From Escherichia phage OLB35, in the sequence record MH992122.1: DNA of 64,000 bases; one strand, given 5' to 3'. The notes beneath the pieces are model-generated. The model was not told the origin of the DNA. It did no database searches and was given only the letters and a program-made list of their open reading frames with translations. The position numbers and the translations under genes were made by a program. Below, in pieces: positions 37,605 to 46,187 of this stretch; position 1 is the first letter of the stretch, and the number at the start of each line of letters is the position of its first letter.

Positions 37605-37910
37605 TTAGCACAACGCAGAAGACGAAACCCAAGCACCTTCAGTAATAACGTAACCATTACCTTCACGCTTAACATCGCCACCATTATTTTCAATTTCATC
37701 TTTCATCCACTGGGATACGATTTCACCCTTAGGATAATAAGTACGACCGCTACCATAATCACCTACAGAAAATGATACTGCATATTGGTCTGCGATCTTT
37801 GTTGCTTCTTCTTCGATACGTTCAGCTTGATTCAGAAGTTTATAAATTGCATCTGAAGCGGATTTGGCATCATTAAACTCTGGTACTTTAATTTCAATAA
37901 TCTTACTCAT
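37605..37910 (-). CDS. WVSSSxxC-tail family member 3 (intact)
   Basis: 101 aa: MSKIIEIKVPEF...GDYGSGRTYYPKG...GNGYVITEGAWVSSSALC. Confidence 0.55.
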   Translation of the reverse strand: MSKIIEIKVPEFNDAKSASDAIYKLLNQAERIEEEATKIADQYAVSFSVGDYGSGRTYYPKGEIVSQWMKDEIENNGGDVKREGNGYVITEGAWVSSSALC

Positions 37911-37935
37911 TTTCTACATTCCTTAATAAAGTTTT

Positions 37936-38321
37936 CGATTGTTTCATTTTCACGTTTAGCTAGGAGTTCATTATAACTAATCATTTGAGAAGCGTAAACA
38001 GCATAAATTCAGTTAAGGCTTTTGCATCTTATTTCCTTAACGAATTCCATAGCTTCTTCATATTCATACTTTTTAACAGCTTCGATTGTTTCATTTTCAC
38101 GTTTAGCTAGGAGTTCATTATAACTAATCATTTGAGAAGCGTAAACAACGCCGTCAATAAGAAATCCAACTAATCCAAAGGCAAATCCCATGCCAATACT
38201 CATAATAAAAATTAGAATGTTCTCACCAAGAGAAGGCCAGCATAAATTCAGTTAAGGCTTTTGCATCTTATTTCCTTAACGAATTCCATAGCTTCTTCAT
38301 ATTCATACTTTTTAACAGCTT
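37936..38321. repeat. Segmental duplication, units A-B-A-x-B (A ~65 bp, B ~83 bp)
   Basis: A at 37936-38000 and 38083-38147; B at 38001-38083 and 38239-38321, near-identical; unit A carries GTTTAC-N17-TATAAT on the minus strand. Confidence 0.8.
38009..38203 (-). CDS. Chimeric small membrane protein sharing its C-terminus with the next gene
   Basis: 64 aa; last 22 aa (VKKYEYEEAMEFVKEIRCKSLN) identical to the end of 38248-38640 because of repeat unit B. Confidence 0.4.
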   Translation of the reverse strand: MSIGMGFAFGLVGFLIDGVVYASQMISYNELLAKRENETIEAVKKYEYEEAMEFVKEIRCKSLN

Positions 38322-38640
38322 CATCATACTGAGCTTGGGCTTTTGCGCACTGAACTTTCCATTCTCTTAATCGGGCTCTGTGATGACGTCCTTGGTACCA
38401 ATATCCCATCCAGTTAATAGGCATTAATAAAAACGGTACAATAAGTGGTGCGACGAACATTAATGAAAATGCTGCATCAGACGATATAACTTCACTAGAA
38501 TCTAAAACGGCTCCTATAATCATAAAGATTAAAAATGCTAAAGCTAAAATAGGGCCAAATAGTACTTCATTTGGGATTAATTTACGCTTGTATTCATACG
38601 CCCAGGGCTTACTTGGCATGTATAGGGTTGGCTTTGACAT
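38248..38640 (-). CDS. Membrane protein
   Basis: ~130 aa from the internal Met (MSKPTLYMPSKPWAY...); two TM helices. Confidence 0.5.
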   Translation of the reverse strand: MSKPTLYMPSKPWAYEYKRKLIPNEVLFGPILALAFLIFMIIGAVLDSSEVISSDAAFSLMFVAPLIVPFLLMPINWMGYWYQGRHHRARLREWKVQCAKAQAQYDEAVKKYEYEEAMEFVKEIRCKSLN

Positions 38641-39232
38641 ATTCTCTACATTCCATAATAAATTGCTCAAGGATTAAATTGTTAGTGAAATTAGGACTAA
38701 CAACCATAGTTTCATAAAGCGCATCAATAGCACTTAAAGCATCAACTCTCTTAAGCAAAGGCTTGCCTTCATACATAGTTTCAGAATCGACGATTAACGT
38801 AAAGTAGTATTTTTTATTATCGACTAGAACTTCTGTATCGATATAAAACATATTAGTCCTCAGAAGCTTATCTCTAAAACCATAATAATCTTCAGAGCGT
38901 TCGCTGATATATTCCCATTCAGTGTTTAAACAACAAACAGACCACGTAGGAGCAACGAAATCAGTGAATCTAATATCATGGTCTGCAACTAGTTTAGCAA
39001 TAGCTCCGATATCATGAATCATAATACCTGGGGCTAATAAAGATTTTCTGCTATGGCTAGCCGTTTTCTCGGTGGTCTCATAAGAAGACGACCAGTACCA
39101 TTTACGTCCGGTTGCAACATATCGTAATGAATCAACTAAAGACGTAGGTGGATTTACCTTATCTCGGAACTCTTCGAACATTGAGTCAATATCATTATTT
39201 TGGTTTCGCATGTTAACTCCTTTATTATCCAA
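38609..39232 (-). CDS. Hypothetical protein
   Basis: 207-aa ORF; start may be at 39211. Confidence 0.5.
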   Translation of the reverse strand: MDNKGVNMRNQNNDIDSMFEEFRDKVNPPTSLVDSLRYVATGRKWYWSSSYETTEKTASHSRKSLLAPGIMIHDIGAIAKLVADHDIRFTDFVAPTWSVCCLNTEWEYISERSEDYYGFRDKLLRTNMFYIDTEVLVDNKKYYFTLIVDSETMYEGKPLLKRVDALSAIDALYETMVVSPNFTNNLILEQFIMECREYVKANPIHAK

Positions 39233-39260
39233 AAGGAGGACCGGAGTCCTCCGTATTATT

Positions 39261-39854
39261 TTATTTCAAAGAGTTAATATATTCTTGTACATCAGCAGAA
39301 GTGGTTTCGACACCGGCTGGAGTGCCATTGAACGTTTCAACACGAGTCAGAGTGTCTTCGATATCAACCTTAGTCAGTGCAGCAATTTCAATCACATCAT
39401 CAGCCGTAGAGATACCAAGGGCATTGGCTGCTCGAGTTTCACGAATGTATTCGAGTTTGATTGCCAGATTCTGACGAGCATCATCAAGTTCAACCACCTT
39501 ACGAGCAATTTCAATTCGCATAGCGGCATAACCGTCAGCTTTTGTATTAAGTTGTTCGGCAGTTCGACGATACAGAAGACCAAGCTTAGCATGCATGGTA
39601 ACATCTTGTCCTTCAGCCAGGAGCTTACGAATTTCACGTTCCTTAGAAGCGGCTTGCTTGTTCTTTTCATTAACAAGTTCGCGAATACGTTTTTCTTCAT
39701 TAATAGATTTAACAGAAGCCGTTTTTAGTTCTTTGATTTGGGTAATCAACTTATCTGCAGCTGCGTTATACTGTTCTTCGACAGTCAGATTTTTAGCCAT
39801 AGCAGTACCCAGTTTAGTGCGGATGAATTCAACAAGTTTCTTCAGTGTGTTCAT
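39261..39854 (-). CDS. Alpha-helical coiled-coil protein (possibly PspA/IM30-like)
   Basis: ~198 aa, Ala/Lys/Glu/Arg-rich heptad pattern; family assignment is tentative. Confidence 0.4.
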   Translation of the reverse strand: MNTLKKLVEFIRTKLGTAMAKNLTVEEQYNAAADKLITQIKELKTASVKSINEEKRIRELVNEKNKQAASKEREIRKLLAEGQDVTMHAKLGLLYRRTAEQLNTKADGYAAMRIEIARKVVELDDARQNLAIKLEYIRETRAANALGISTADDVIEIAALTKVDIEDTLTRVETFNGTPAGVETTSADVQEYINSLK

Positions 39855-39924
39855 ATTATTACCTTTCAATTGGTGGTTTATTATCCAATGAGAGCATTAT
39901 ACTCTGCTCTCAAGAGTTTGTAAA

Positions 39925-40152
39925 TTATTTTTTAATCAAATTGACATAAAACTTGGCGTCTTCCGGGTGCATGCCTTCGCAGTATTCTTCAACCATGAAC
40001 TTCTTAACAGCTTCATAAGGACCACTCAGATTAAGCTCAGTTGTCCAAAACTTGGAATCTTGGGCTGAATCGATACGAACTTCAGGGTGTCGGTTGCGAA
40101 TAACTTCTTCGGTGTATTCATAATCAACGACATCAATACTAACTTTAGCCAT
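39925..40152 (-). CDS. Hypothetical protein
   Basis: 75 aa: MAKVSIDVVDYEYTEEVIRNRHPEV... Confidence 0.5.
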   Translation of the reverse strand: MAKVSIDVVDYEYTEEVIRNRHPEVRIDSAQDSKFWTTELNLSGPYEAVKKFMVEEYCEGMHPEDAKFYVNLIKK

Positions 40153-40700
40153 TTTGTTTCTCCTCTGTAGTTGATAAGTCTTAACTATAGTATCACCATC
40201 ATTGGTGTTTGTACATCATTATTTTTAATTTTTCCAACTTAACAACCTTCAGCCAAGATACAACAGAGTTTTTATCTGAGGATTCAAATTCAGGCATTGG
40301 ACTTTCACCGCGAATAACTTCTTCGGTGTATTCATAATCAACGACATCAATACTAACTTTAGCCATTTTGTTTCTCCTCTGTAGTTGATAAGTCCTATAG
40401 TATCACCATCATTGGTGTTTGTACATCATTTATTTTTAATTTTTCCAACTTAACAACTTGTAGTGTCCTTCATTCATACGTGGTTTATCCCAAGAAATAC
40501 TAATATATGATTCGCCATCAATAGCTTTTTCTTCACCACCACCACTGATAGTCCTCTGTAGTTGATAAGTCCTATAGTATCACCATCATTGGTGTTTGTC
40601 AACTATTATTTTTAATTTTTCCAACTTAAAACTTGTAGTGTCCTTCATTCATACGTGGTTTATCCCAAGAAATACTAATATATGATTCGCCATCAATAGA
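40085..40700. repeat. Three tandem copies of a ~160-230-bp module (gene 3' end, promoter, leader, gene 5' start)
   Basis: Core ...ttttgtttctcctctgtagttgataagtc(c/t)ta...tagtatcaccatcattggtgtttgt... recurs at ~40153, ~40366 and ~40549 with flanking duplicated coding ends. Confidence 0.8.
40199..40366 (-). CDS. Chimeric 55-aa ORF created by the duplication
   Basis: MAKVSIDVVDYEYTEEVIRG...; first 19 aa identical to the start of 39925-40152, then diverges. Confidence 0.3.
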   Translation of the reverse strand: MAKVSIDVVDYEYTEEVIRGESPMPEFESSDKNSVVSWLKVVKLEKLKIMMYKHQ

Positions 40701-40916
40701 AGTCGCCGGGTTTTTCTCTACCGTAAGACCTTCACTTTCCAGCCATTCAATAGTATTTGCGCATAAATCTGAAGAACACCTCATCGGAAACTGGCAAGAT
40801 TTTTCACCTTTAGATGCAGCGTTATACATCTTTTCTAAAATACGCTTTTGCACGTTTTTAAAAATGGTTTCAGCAGATTCTTCAGATTTTTTATTCAGTT
40901 CAGTATAAAGACTCAT
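40626..40916 (-). CDS. Hypothetical protein
   Basis: Start at the second Met (MSLYTELNKK...) after GAGGAG; C-terminal coding end is duplicated in repeat copy 2. Confidence 0.5.
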   Translation of the reverse strand: MSLYTELNKKSEESAETIFKNVQKRILEKMYNAASKGEKSCQFPMRCSSDLCANTIEWLESEGLTVEKNPATSIDGESYISISWDKPRMNEGHYKF

Positions 40917-41005
40917 AATATTCTCCTCATTAATAGGGCTCATAATATCTCAATCATTAGCTCATTTACGTATTTATAGTAACAGCATTCTCTGAGAGAT
41001 TCAAA

Positions 41006-41033
41006 CTAAAAAGCCCCAACCTTTTGGCTAGGG
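41006..41033 (-). terminator. Rho-independent terminator
   Basis: Minus-strand AGCC-loop-GGCU hairpin followed by UUUUU, 3' of 41043-41507. Confidence 0.5.
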
Positions 41034-41042
41034 TACAGAATG

Positions 41043-41507
41043 TTATTTGATTTGTTTAGCAGACCAAATGCGGTCTTTAATAAGTTTTTGGATATCTTCA
41101 ACATACTCAAGGCTATGAGCGTGAGGATTATCTTTGAAGCTATGTGCTCGTGCCAGTTTCTGGCCTTCAGTTTTGATTACCAAAAGTTCTTTAAGAATTG
41201 CTTCATACTTAGAAATAATTCCTTTGGCGATATTTTTTTCTTGAGCTGCTTTAGGGCCCGCTTTTGGTGCTGGTGCTTTACCTGTAGCTTTCTGGAACAA
41301 TTCACCTGATGCAGCTAGGCTTTTAAAAACTCGGCTAACAGTATTAGCATTAGTAAAACCTTCGGCTTTAAAATCTCTAATAAAACGGAAACGTTCTTCA
41401 TCAGAGGCGTCTTTGTAAGAATATTTACCTGCTTGAATTGCTGCAATCGCAGCGGCTTTTACATCTGAACTAGATTGTTCAGTCAAAAATTCTGCATATG
41501 ATTTCAT
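41043..41507 (-). CDS. Internal-protein-like (CTS-bearing) protein
   Basis: N-terminus MKSYAEFLTE resembles the capsid targeting sequence; 154 aa, Ala/Lys-rich. Confidence 0.5.
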   Translation of the reverse strand: MKSYAEFLTEQSSSDVKAAAIAAIQAGKYSYKDASDEERFRFIRDFKAEGFTNANTVSRVFKSLAASGELFQKATGKAPAPKAGPKAAQEKNIAKGIISKYEAILKELLVIKTEGQKLARAHSFKDNPHAHSLEYVEDIQKLIKDRIWSAKQIK

Positions 41508-41551
41508 GTTACTTTTCCTAAGTTAATTAACTTATCTATTTATTATTATGC

Positions 41552-41580
41552 AAAAAAGCCCCAACCTTTCGGAAGGGGCT
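41552..41580 (-). terminator. Rho-independent terminator at the end of the tRNA/stable-RNA transcription unit
   Basis: Minus-strand AGCCCC-loop-GGGGCU hairpin followed by a U6 tract. Confidence 0.6.
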
Positions 41581-41582
41581 AA

Positions 41583-41886
41583 GCCTTGCGGTAACCTTGT
41601 CGGGGTTCCACCTGCTAAGGCAAGTGTTTGTACGAAACGCCGGGATTCGAACCCGGTTATTAAGCAGTTGACGCTACTCAATATTTTTAAAAGGCCATAT
41701 CTCGACCATATCCGAACGTTCCGTCAAAAACGCTACTCGGCTTACGGCAAAGATATTTCCTCGAATCGATAATTCGGTGCGCCGTTTCTGCTGTGATAGT
41801 AAAGAATCAGAACACAGTAAAACTGTGGGAGAAACTATACTCCAGGGAACATCAGTCCGACGACTTACCGGTAGCGACCCGGTTTC
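41583..41886 (-). ncRNA. Non-coding stable-RNA region with a tRNA-like T-arm (possibly analogous to T4 small RNAs)
   Basis: No plausible minus-strand ORF; contains CCGGG-TTCGAAT-CCCGG plus a repeated GAGTAGCG; bounded by tRNA-Arg and the terminator. No cloverleaf could be folded by hand. Confidence 0.3.
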
Positions 41887-42231
41887 TCATTTTGGCATAT
41901 CATCAATTTGCTCTCGACGCCGACGCCATAGATTAATCGCTTCATTAACACATTCGGCGTTTGGTATATGACGGCAATAATATAATGATTCGCGTTTCTG
42001 GAACCGATGTTGCAACGGGATTTCGTTTAAAAGATCTTTACGATCAAAGTATTCAAAACTAGTTAACCCTGAACGGTTTTTAATGAACTTCCAATGTCCG
42101 AATTCGTTTTGAACATAGATGTAATCGGCATGCTGATACAGCGAATTAATCAACCGGTCGGAAATAACTGTATCCTGTTCGTTAAAATAAAACGTTAAAT
42201 CATGAACTACCAGATAAATATTACCTTTCAT
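41887..42231 (-). CDS. Hypothetical protein inside the tRNA cluster
   Basis: 114 aa from the ATG at 42231 (MKGNIYLVVHDLTFYF...) with GAGGAAA; the longer track form would overlap tRNA-Arg. Confidence 0.5.
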   Translation of the reverse strand: MKGNIYLVVHDLTFYFNEQDTVISDRLINSLYQHADYIYVQNEFGHWKFIKNRSGLTSFEYFDRKDLLNEIPLQHRFQKRESLYYCRHIPNAECVNEAINLWRRRREQIDDMPK

Positions 42232-42249
42232 ATTTTCCTCACTTGAAGT

Positions 42250-42326
<77 letters not shown>

Positions 42327-42329
42327 AAT

Positions 42330-42404
42330 TGGTGACCCTGGCTGGTTTCGATCCAGCTACCTATCAGTTATGAGCTGACAGCTCTCCCATTGAGCTACAG
42401 GGCC
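42330..42404 (-). tRNA. tRNA with anticodon CAU (Met or Ile2-type)
   Basis: Acceptor GGCCCTG/CAGGGTC, D-arm GCTC-AATGGGA-GAGC, anticodon loop CTCATAA, T-arm GCTGG-ATCGAAA-CCAGC, encoded CCA; C4-G69/C5-G68 fit an Ile2-type tRNA. Confidence 0.8.
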
Positions 42405-42483
42405 TAAATAACTTTCTATTATGAAAGGCACTTTAGAGCACCTTTGGTAATAGAGGGTATGAATTAATAATAACACATAATTC

Positions 42484-42999
42484 TTAAAGCAAATCAATCA
42501 TTTTAACGGTTGGCAAAACGATTTCTTCTTCAATATAAGCAAATTCGACACGTTCAACTACACGCAAGAAATCGTAATCATAGTATTCAGAAGCATAGCC
42601 AAGAATATCAATAAGTCCTTGAGATATCTCATCGCCTTTCACAAAGAACAGGTCGAATACGCGGGCTTCGTCTTCTTCAGATTTATCACCAAGGTCTACT
42701 TCGATGCCAAAGACCTTTTTAATAAATTCCGGTTGGAGTTGGTCTGAGAACAGTCCTTCAACCAGATATTCGTAGATAATAAGCGAGCAACGACCGAATG
42801 GTGTATTACCGCAATAACGTTCGGCTTTGGTGCTAGAATGACGGCTCTTAAATTTCTTCAAGAGATATTTAAACTGTTGGAGCTCATGCTCTTCCACTTC
42901 AAACAATGTTTTGGTTTTATAGTTGTCACCATCACTTTCATAGGTAGTGACATCAATTACGTAGCCCTTAGGAATTGTACTGCCTAATCGAATATTCAT
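42484..42999 (-). CDS. Hypothetical protein
   Basis: 171-aa ORF. Confidence 0.5.
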   Translation of the reverse strand: MNIRLGSTIPKGYVIDVTTYESDGDNYKTKTLFEVEEHELQQFKYLLKKFKSRHSSTKAERYCGNTPFGRCSLIIYEYLVEGLFSDQLQPEFIKKVFGIEVDLGDKSEEDEARVFDLFFVKGDEISQGLIDILGYASEYYDYDFLRVVERVEFAYIEEEIVLPTVKMIDLL

Positions 43000-43003
43000 T
43001 TAA

Positions 43004-43294
43004 TCACCGTACCATATTAATGTAATTATATTCAATGCAACGTAATTTCAAAGGATTCTTGAAAATATCATATTCAAGAGGGCCTTTTTCTGTTTCAATA
43101 AAGAAATCAAAGTTAACTGTGTTAAATTTATCATCTTCACAGAGTAATTTAACCTGTGAAGACGAACGGTCAATGTAAACCTTTTCAACTTCAAAATATG
43201 TTAAAATGCCATAATCATCGATCAATGCTTTAGCTGCACGTTGATCGCTTTCGTATCCATTCTCGACAGATTTTACTTTAGCATAAAGAATCAT
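43004..43294 (-). CDS. Hypothetical protein
   Basis: 96-aa ORF. Confidence 0.45.
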   Translation of the reverse strand: MILYAKVKSVENGYESDQRAAKALIDDYGILTYFEVEKVYIDRSSSQVKLLCEDDKFNTVNFDFFIETEKGPLEYDIFKNPLKLRCIEYNYINMVR

Positions 43295-43653
43295 GAGTGT
43301 TCCACCGCTTCAAAAGTATGTGCATTTACAATCTGGTACCAGTCAAAATTTTCTTCAGCATTTTTGTAGATTTCACGAAGAGCTTCAACAGTTTTTCCTG
43401 TAGCAACAAGATCATCAATACCACCAAGAGGATAACAGTCATAACCAGCAAACAGAAGGAAATTAATAGTTTCTGTAGGTTCTGGATGCAGTGTACCATT
43501 GTCATCGACTACTTCAAAGAACATATAACCAGGCGATTTAGATTTAATCCAAGCCCATGCTTGAGCTGCTGAATCAAATGGTCTGCGTATCAAACGACAA
43601 TCAGGGTCTTTAGAAGGATTTGCTTCAAAATCTGCATATACATGATATTTCAT
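43291..43653 (-). CDS. Hypothetical protein
   Basis: 120-aa ORF with 4-nt overlap. Confidence 0.5.
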   Translation of the reverse strand: MKYHVYADFEANPSKDPDCRLIRRPFDSAAQAWAWIKSKSPGYMFFEVVDDNGTLHPEPTETINFLLFAGYDCYPLGGIDDLVATGKTVEALREIYKNAEENFDWYQIVNAHTFEAVEHS

Positions 43654-43839
43654 TTACTCACCTTTTGCAATTTTATCCATAACGATAGCGATTAAGCCGA
43701 TTAGAAATGCTACTACCAATGAGATAGAGTTTTCAGTTGTTGTCAGTAGTCCACAAATGAATCCTACAAACATCGAAAAGCTAAAAGCCATTGAAGCAAT
43801 TACTACAGCAACATTACGAATCAGTTCAGCGCGTTTCAT
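43654..43839 (-). CDS. Small membrane protein
   Basis: 61 aa with two hydrophobic helices (MKRAELIRNVAVVIASMAF...). Confidence 0.5.
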   Translation of the reverse strand: MKRAELIRNVAVVIASMAFSFSMFVGFICGLLTTTENSISLVVAFLIGLIAIVMDKIAKGE

Positions 43840-44265
43840 TTTATTTCTCCTTTACTCATTTTGTTTTGATAGGACTACTATAACATATCCATATAGGCTT
43901 GTATATCTTTATTTCAAATATATTGCGTATTTTTTATAGCCACCAGGCTCGTGTCGAAGACCTTTATCATTCGCAAAACGTTGAATGTTATTGAACTGGT
44001 TTTCATCGAATGATGATTTAATCTTAGCTTTAGATCCTTTAGTTATAGAAATAAACATCTCGGAAGACCCTTTCTTAAAGTCTGATGCAGATACTTCAAC
44101 ACCGTTCTTAGCAAGTGACCTCAGAATTGCATCTGCGTACACTTCATATGTGTCGAATATGAAAAAGTTTTGTTAGCTACCAAGCGTGATATATTGAGAA
44201 TCAGTTCAGCGCGTTTCATTTTATTTCTCCATTTACTCATTTTGTTTTGATAGGACTATTATAAC
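43819..44265. repeat. Direct repeat pair (~65 bp each) carrying a PeSL promoter plus the first codons of a gene
   Basis: gaatcagttcagcgcgtttcattttatttctcc...gataggact...ataacat at 43819-43885 and 44198-44265; the second copy starts a 32-codon ORF sharing MKRAELI with 43654-43839. Confidence 0.75.
43909..44142 (-). CDS. Hypothetical basic protein
   Basis: 77-aa ORF. Confidence 0.45.
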   Translation of the reverse strand: MYADAILRSLAKNGVEVSASDFKKGSSEMFISITKGSKAKIKSSFDENQFNNIQRFANDKGLRHEPGGYKKYAIYLK

Positions 44266-44286
44266 ATAGTCCTATCGGCATGTAAA
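44258..44286 (-). promoter_or_regulatory. Early promoter / PeSL element with perfect 10-bp inverted repeat around the -10
   Basis: Minus-strand TTTACA-N17-TATAAT; GATAGGACTA ... TAGTCCTATC arms flank the -10. Confidence 0.6.
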
Positions 44287-44290
44287 CTAC

Positions 44291-44578
44291 TTACAGAAGA
44301 GTTTTTGCAATAATTTTAAGCTGAGCTACAGAAATGTGCTTAGCTTTAAACAGTGCAGTCTCTTCAGCCGGAGAGATAACAATAGTAGCGCCATCTTTCT
44401 TAGCAGACCATCCATCCCCTAAGTAAACAGTACCTTTTACTTCTTCGCCGTCAGCCAGACTAATCATTGGTTTGCCCTCACGTCCTTTATTTGCTTTAAT
44501 AACTTCGGAAGTAAGGGTTGCTTCAGTCAGAGTAGAAACGTTAGCATCAGGTGATATAAATTCTTTATAGGTTTTCAT
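44291..44578 (-). CDS. Internal protein I-like (capsid-targeted)
   Basis: Starts MKTYKEFIS...; 95 aa; sits between the tRNA region and 57B as T4 ipI does. Confidence 0.6.
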   Translation of the reverse strand: MKTYKEFISPDANVSTLTEATLTSEVIKANKGREGKPMISLADGEEVKGTVYLGDGWSAKKDGATIVISPAEETALFKAKHISVAQLKIIAKTLL

Positions 44579-44624
44579 TTTATTTCCTTGAGGCTGTTTA
44601 TTTGATAGGATGATAGTAACACAC

Positions 44625-45395
<771 letters not shown>

Positions 45396-45399
45396 TTTA

Positions 45400-46134
45400 T
45401 TACCTTAAGATTTTTTCAATTTTATAATAAAGCTCTTCTAACGAGCCGTCGTTTGTAATAACTAAATCGCCTTCTTCAATAGGCAACCCAGCTTCTGTAA
45501 TATGTTTATCAGTGGATTCCGTACCAGAGCGAACCACATGAATAACTGTAGCACCCATCGCTCTAGCGGTTTCCATTTCATGGACTTGGCGTGTATCGGT
45601 TACAACATAGTAATCGAAATCACTTCCAATATAATCCATATAGTTTAATGCAAAAAGCTTAACCCAATACATACGGTCAAATAAATTAACGACAACATCC
45701 GTACCGAGGGCTTGCATAAGACGGCGGATCGACCATGTGTCGTTGATATTATTTATAGCTTCACGCAGGGCTTCATATGGTTTAATATCTAGATATGAAT
45801 ATCCACCTTCTAACGATGATAATACTTTAACATTATTAATTGGTAAATATTGACTTTGTAAATAAATTAGCGCTTCTTCCAATAATTCAATAACATCCAA
45901 CTTATTGAGATTTAATGGTGTTTCACGGTCGTATCCAATGCCTTCAAAGTATTCGTATTTCAACTCTGTGAATACATCAGGATTTTCAGCATGTCTACGT
46001 CCCCAGGCTATTGCTAGAGCGTCTTTAATTGGATATGCTAATTGGTATTTTACGGATTTAAAGTTTGAATTGATGTAATCAGCAGTAGTGTCTTTACCAC
46101 TACGTTTGATGCCACTTAAAAAGATTAGCTCCAT
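45400..46134 (-). CDS. 1: Deoxynucleoside monophosphate kinase gp1
   Basis: P-loop LSGIKRSGKDTTADY; T4 gp1-like; synteny 57A-1-3-2-4. Confidence 0.88.
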   Translation of the reverse strand: MELIFLSGIKRSGKDTTADYINSNFKSVKYQLAYPIKDALAIAWGRRHAENPDVFTELKYEYFEGIGYDRETPLNLNKLDVIELLEEALIYLQSQYLPINNVKVLSSLEGGYSYLDIKPYEALREAINNINDTWSIRRLMQALGTDVVVNLFDRMYWVKLFALNYMDYIGSDFDYYVVTDTRQVHEMETARAMGATVIHVVRSGTESTDKHITEAGLPIEEGDLVITNDGSLEELYYKIEKILR

Positions 46135-46187
46135 AGGTTTTCCTCATATAATTTATAAGTGATTATAACATACGGAGCTAGAAGCGA

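Noticed and set aside
40085-40700. Tandem repeats considered as a possible CRISPR array
   Set aside because: Units are 160-230 bp, contain promoters and coding ends and have no short regular spacers; they are duplicated gene modules.
41548-41971. Plus-strand ORFs 41548-41772 and 41777-41971
   Set aside because: Overlap the tRNA-like non-coding region and its terminator on the opposite strand; no ribosome-binding site; more likely non-coding.
42330-42404. Possibility that the second tRNA is an amber suppressor explaining the in-frame TAG at 35328
   Set aside because: Its anticodon loop is CTCATAA (anticodon CAU), not CUA.
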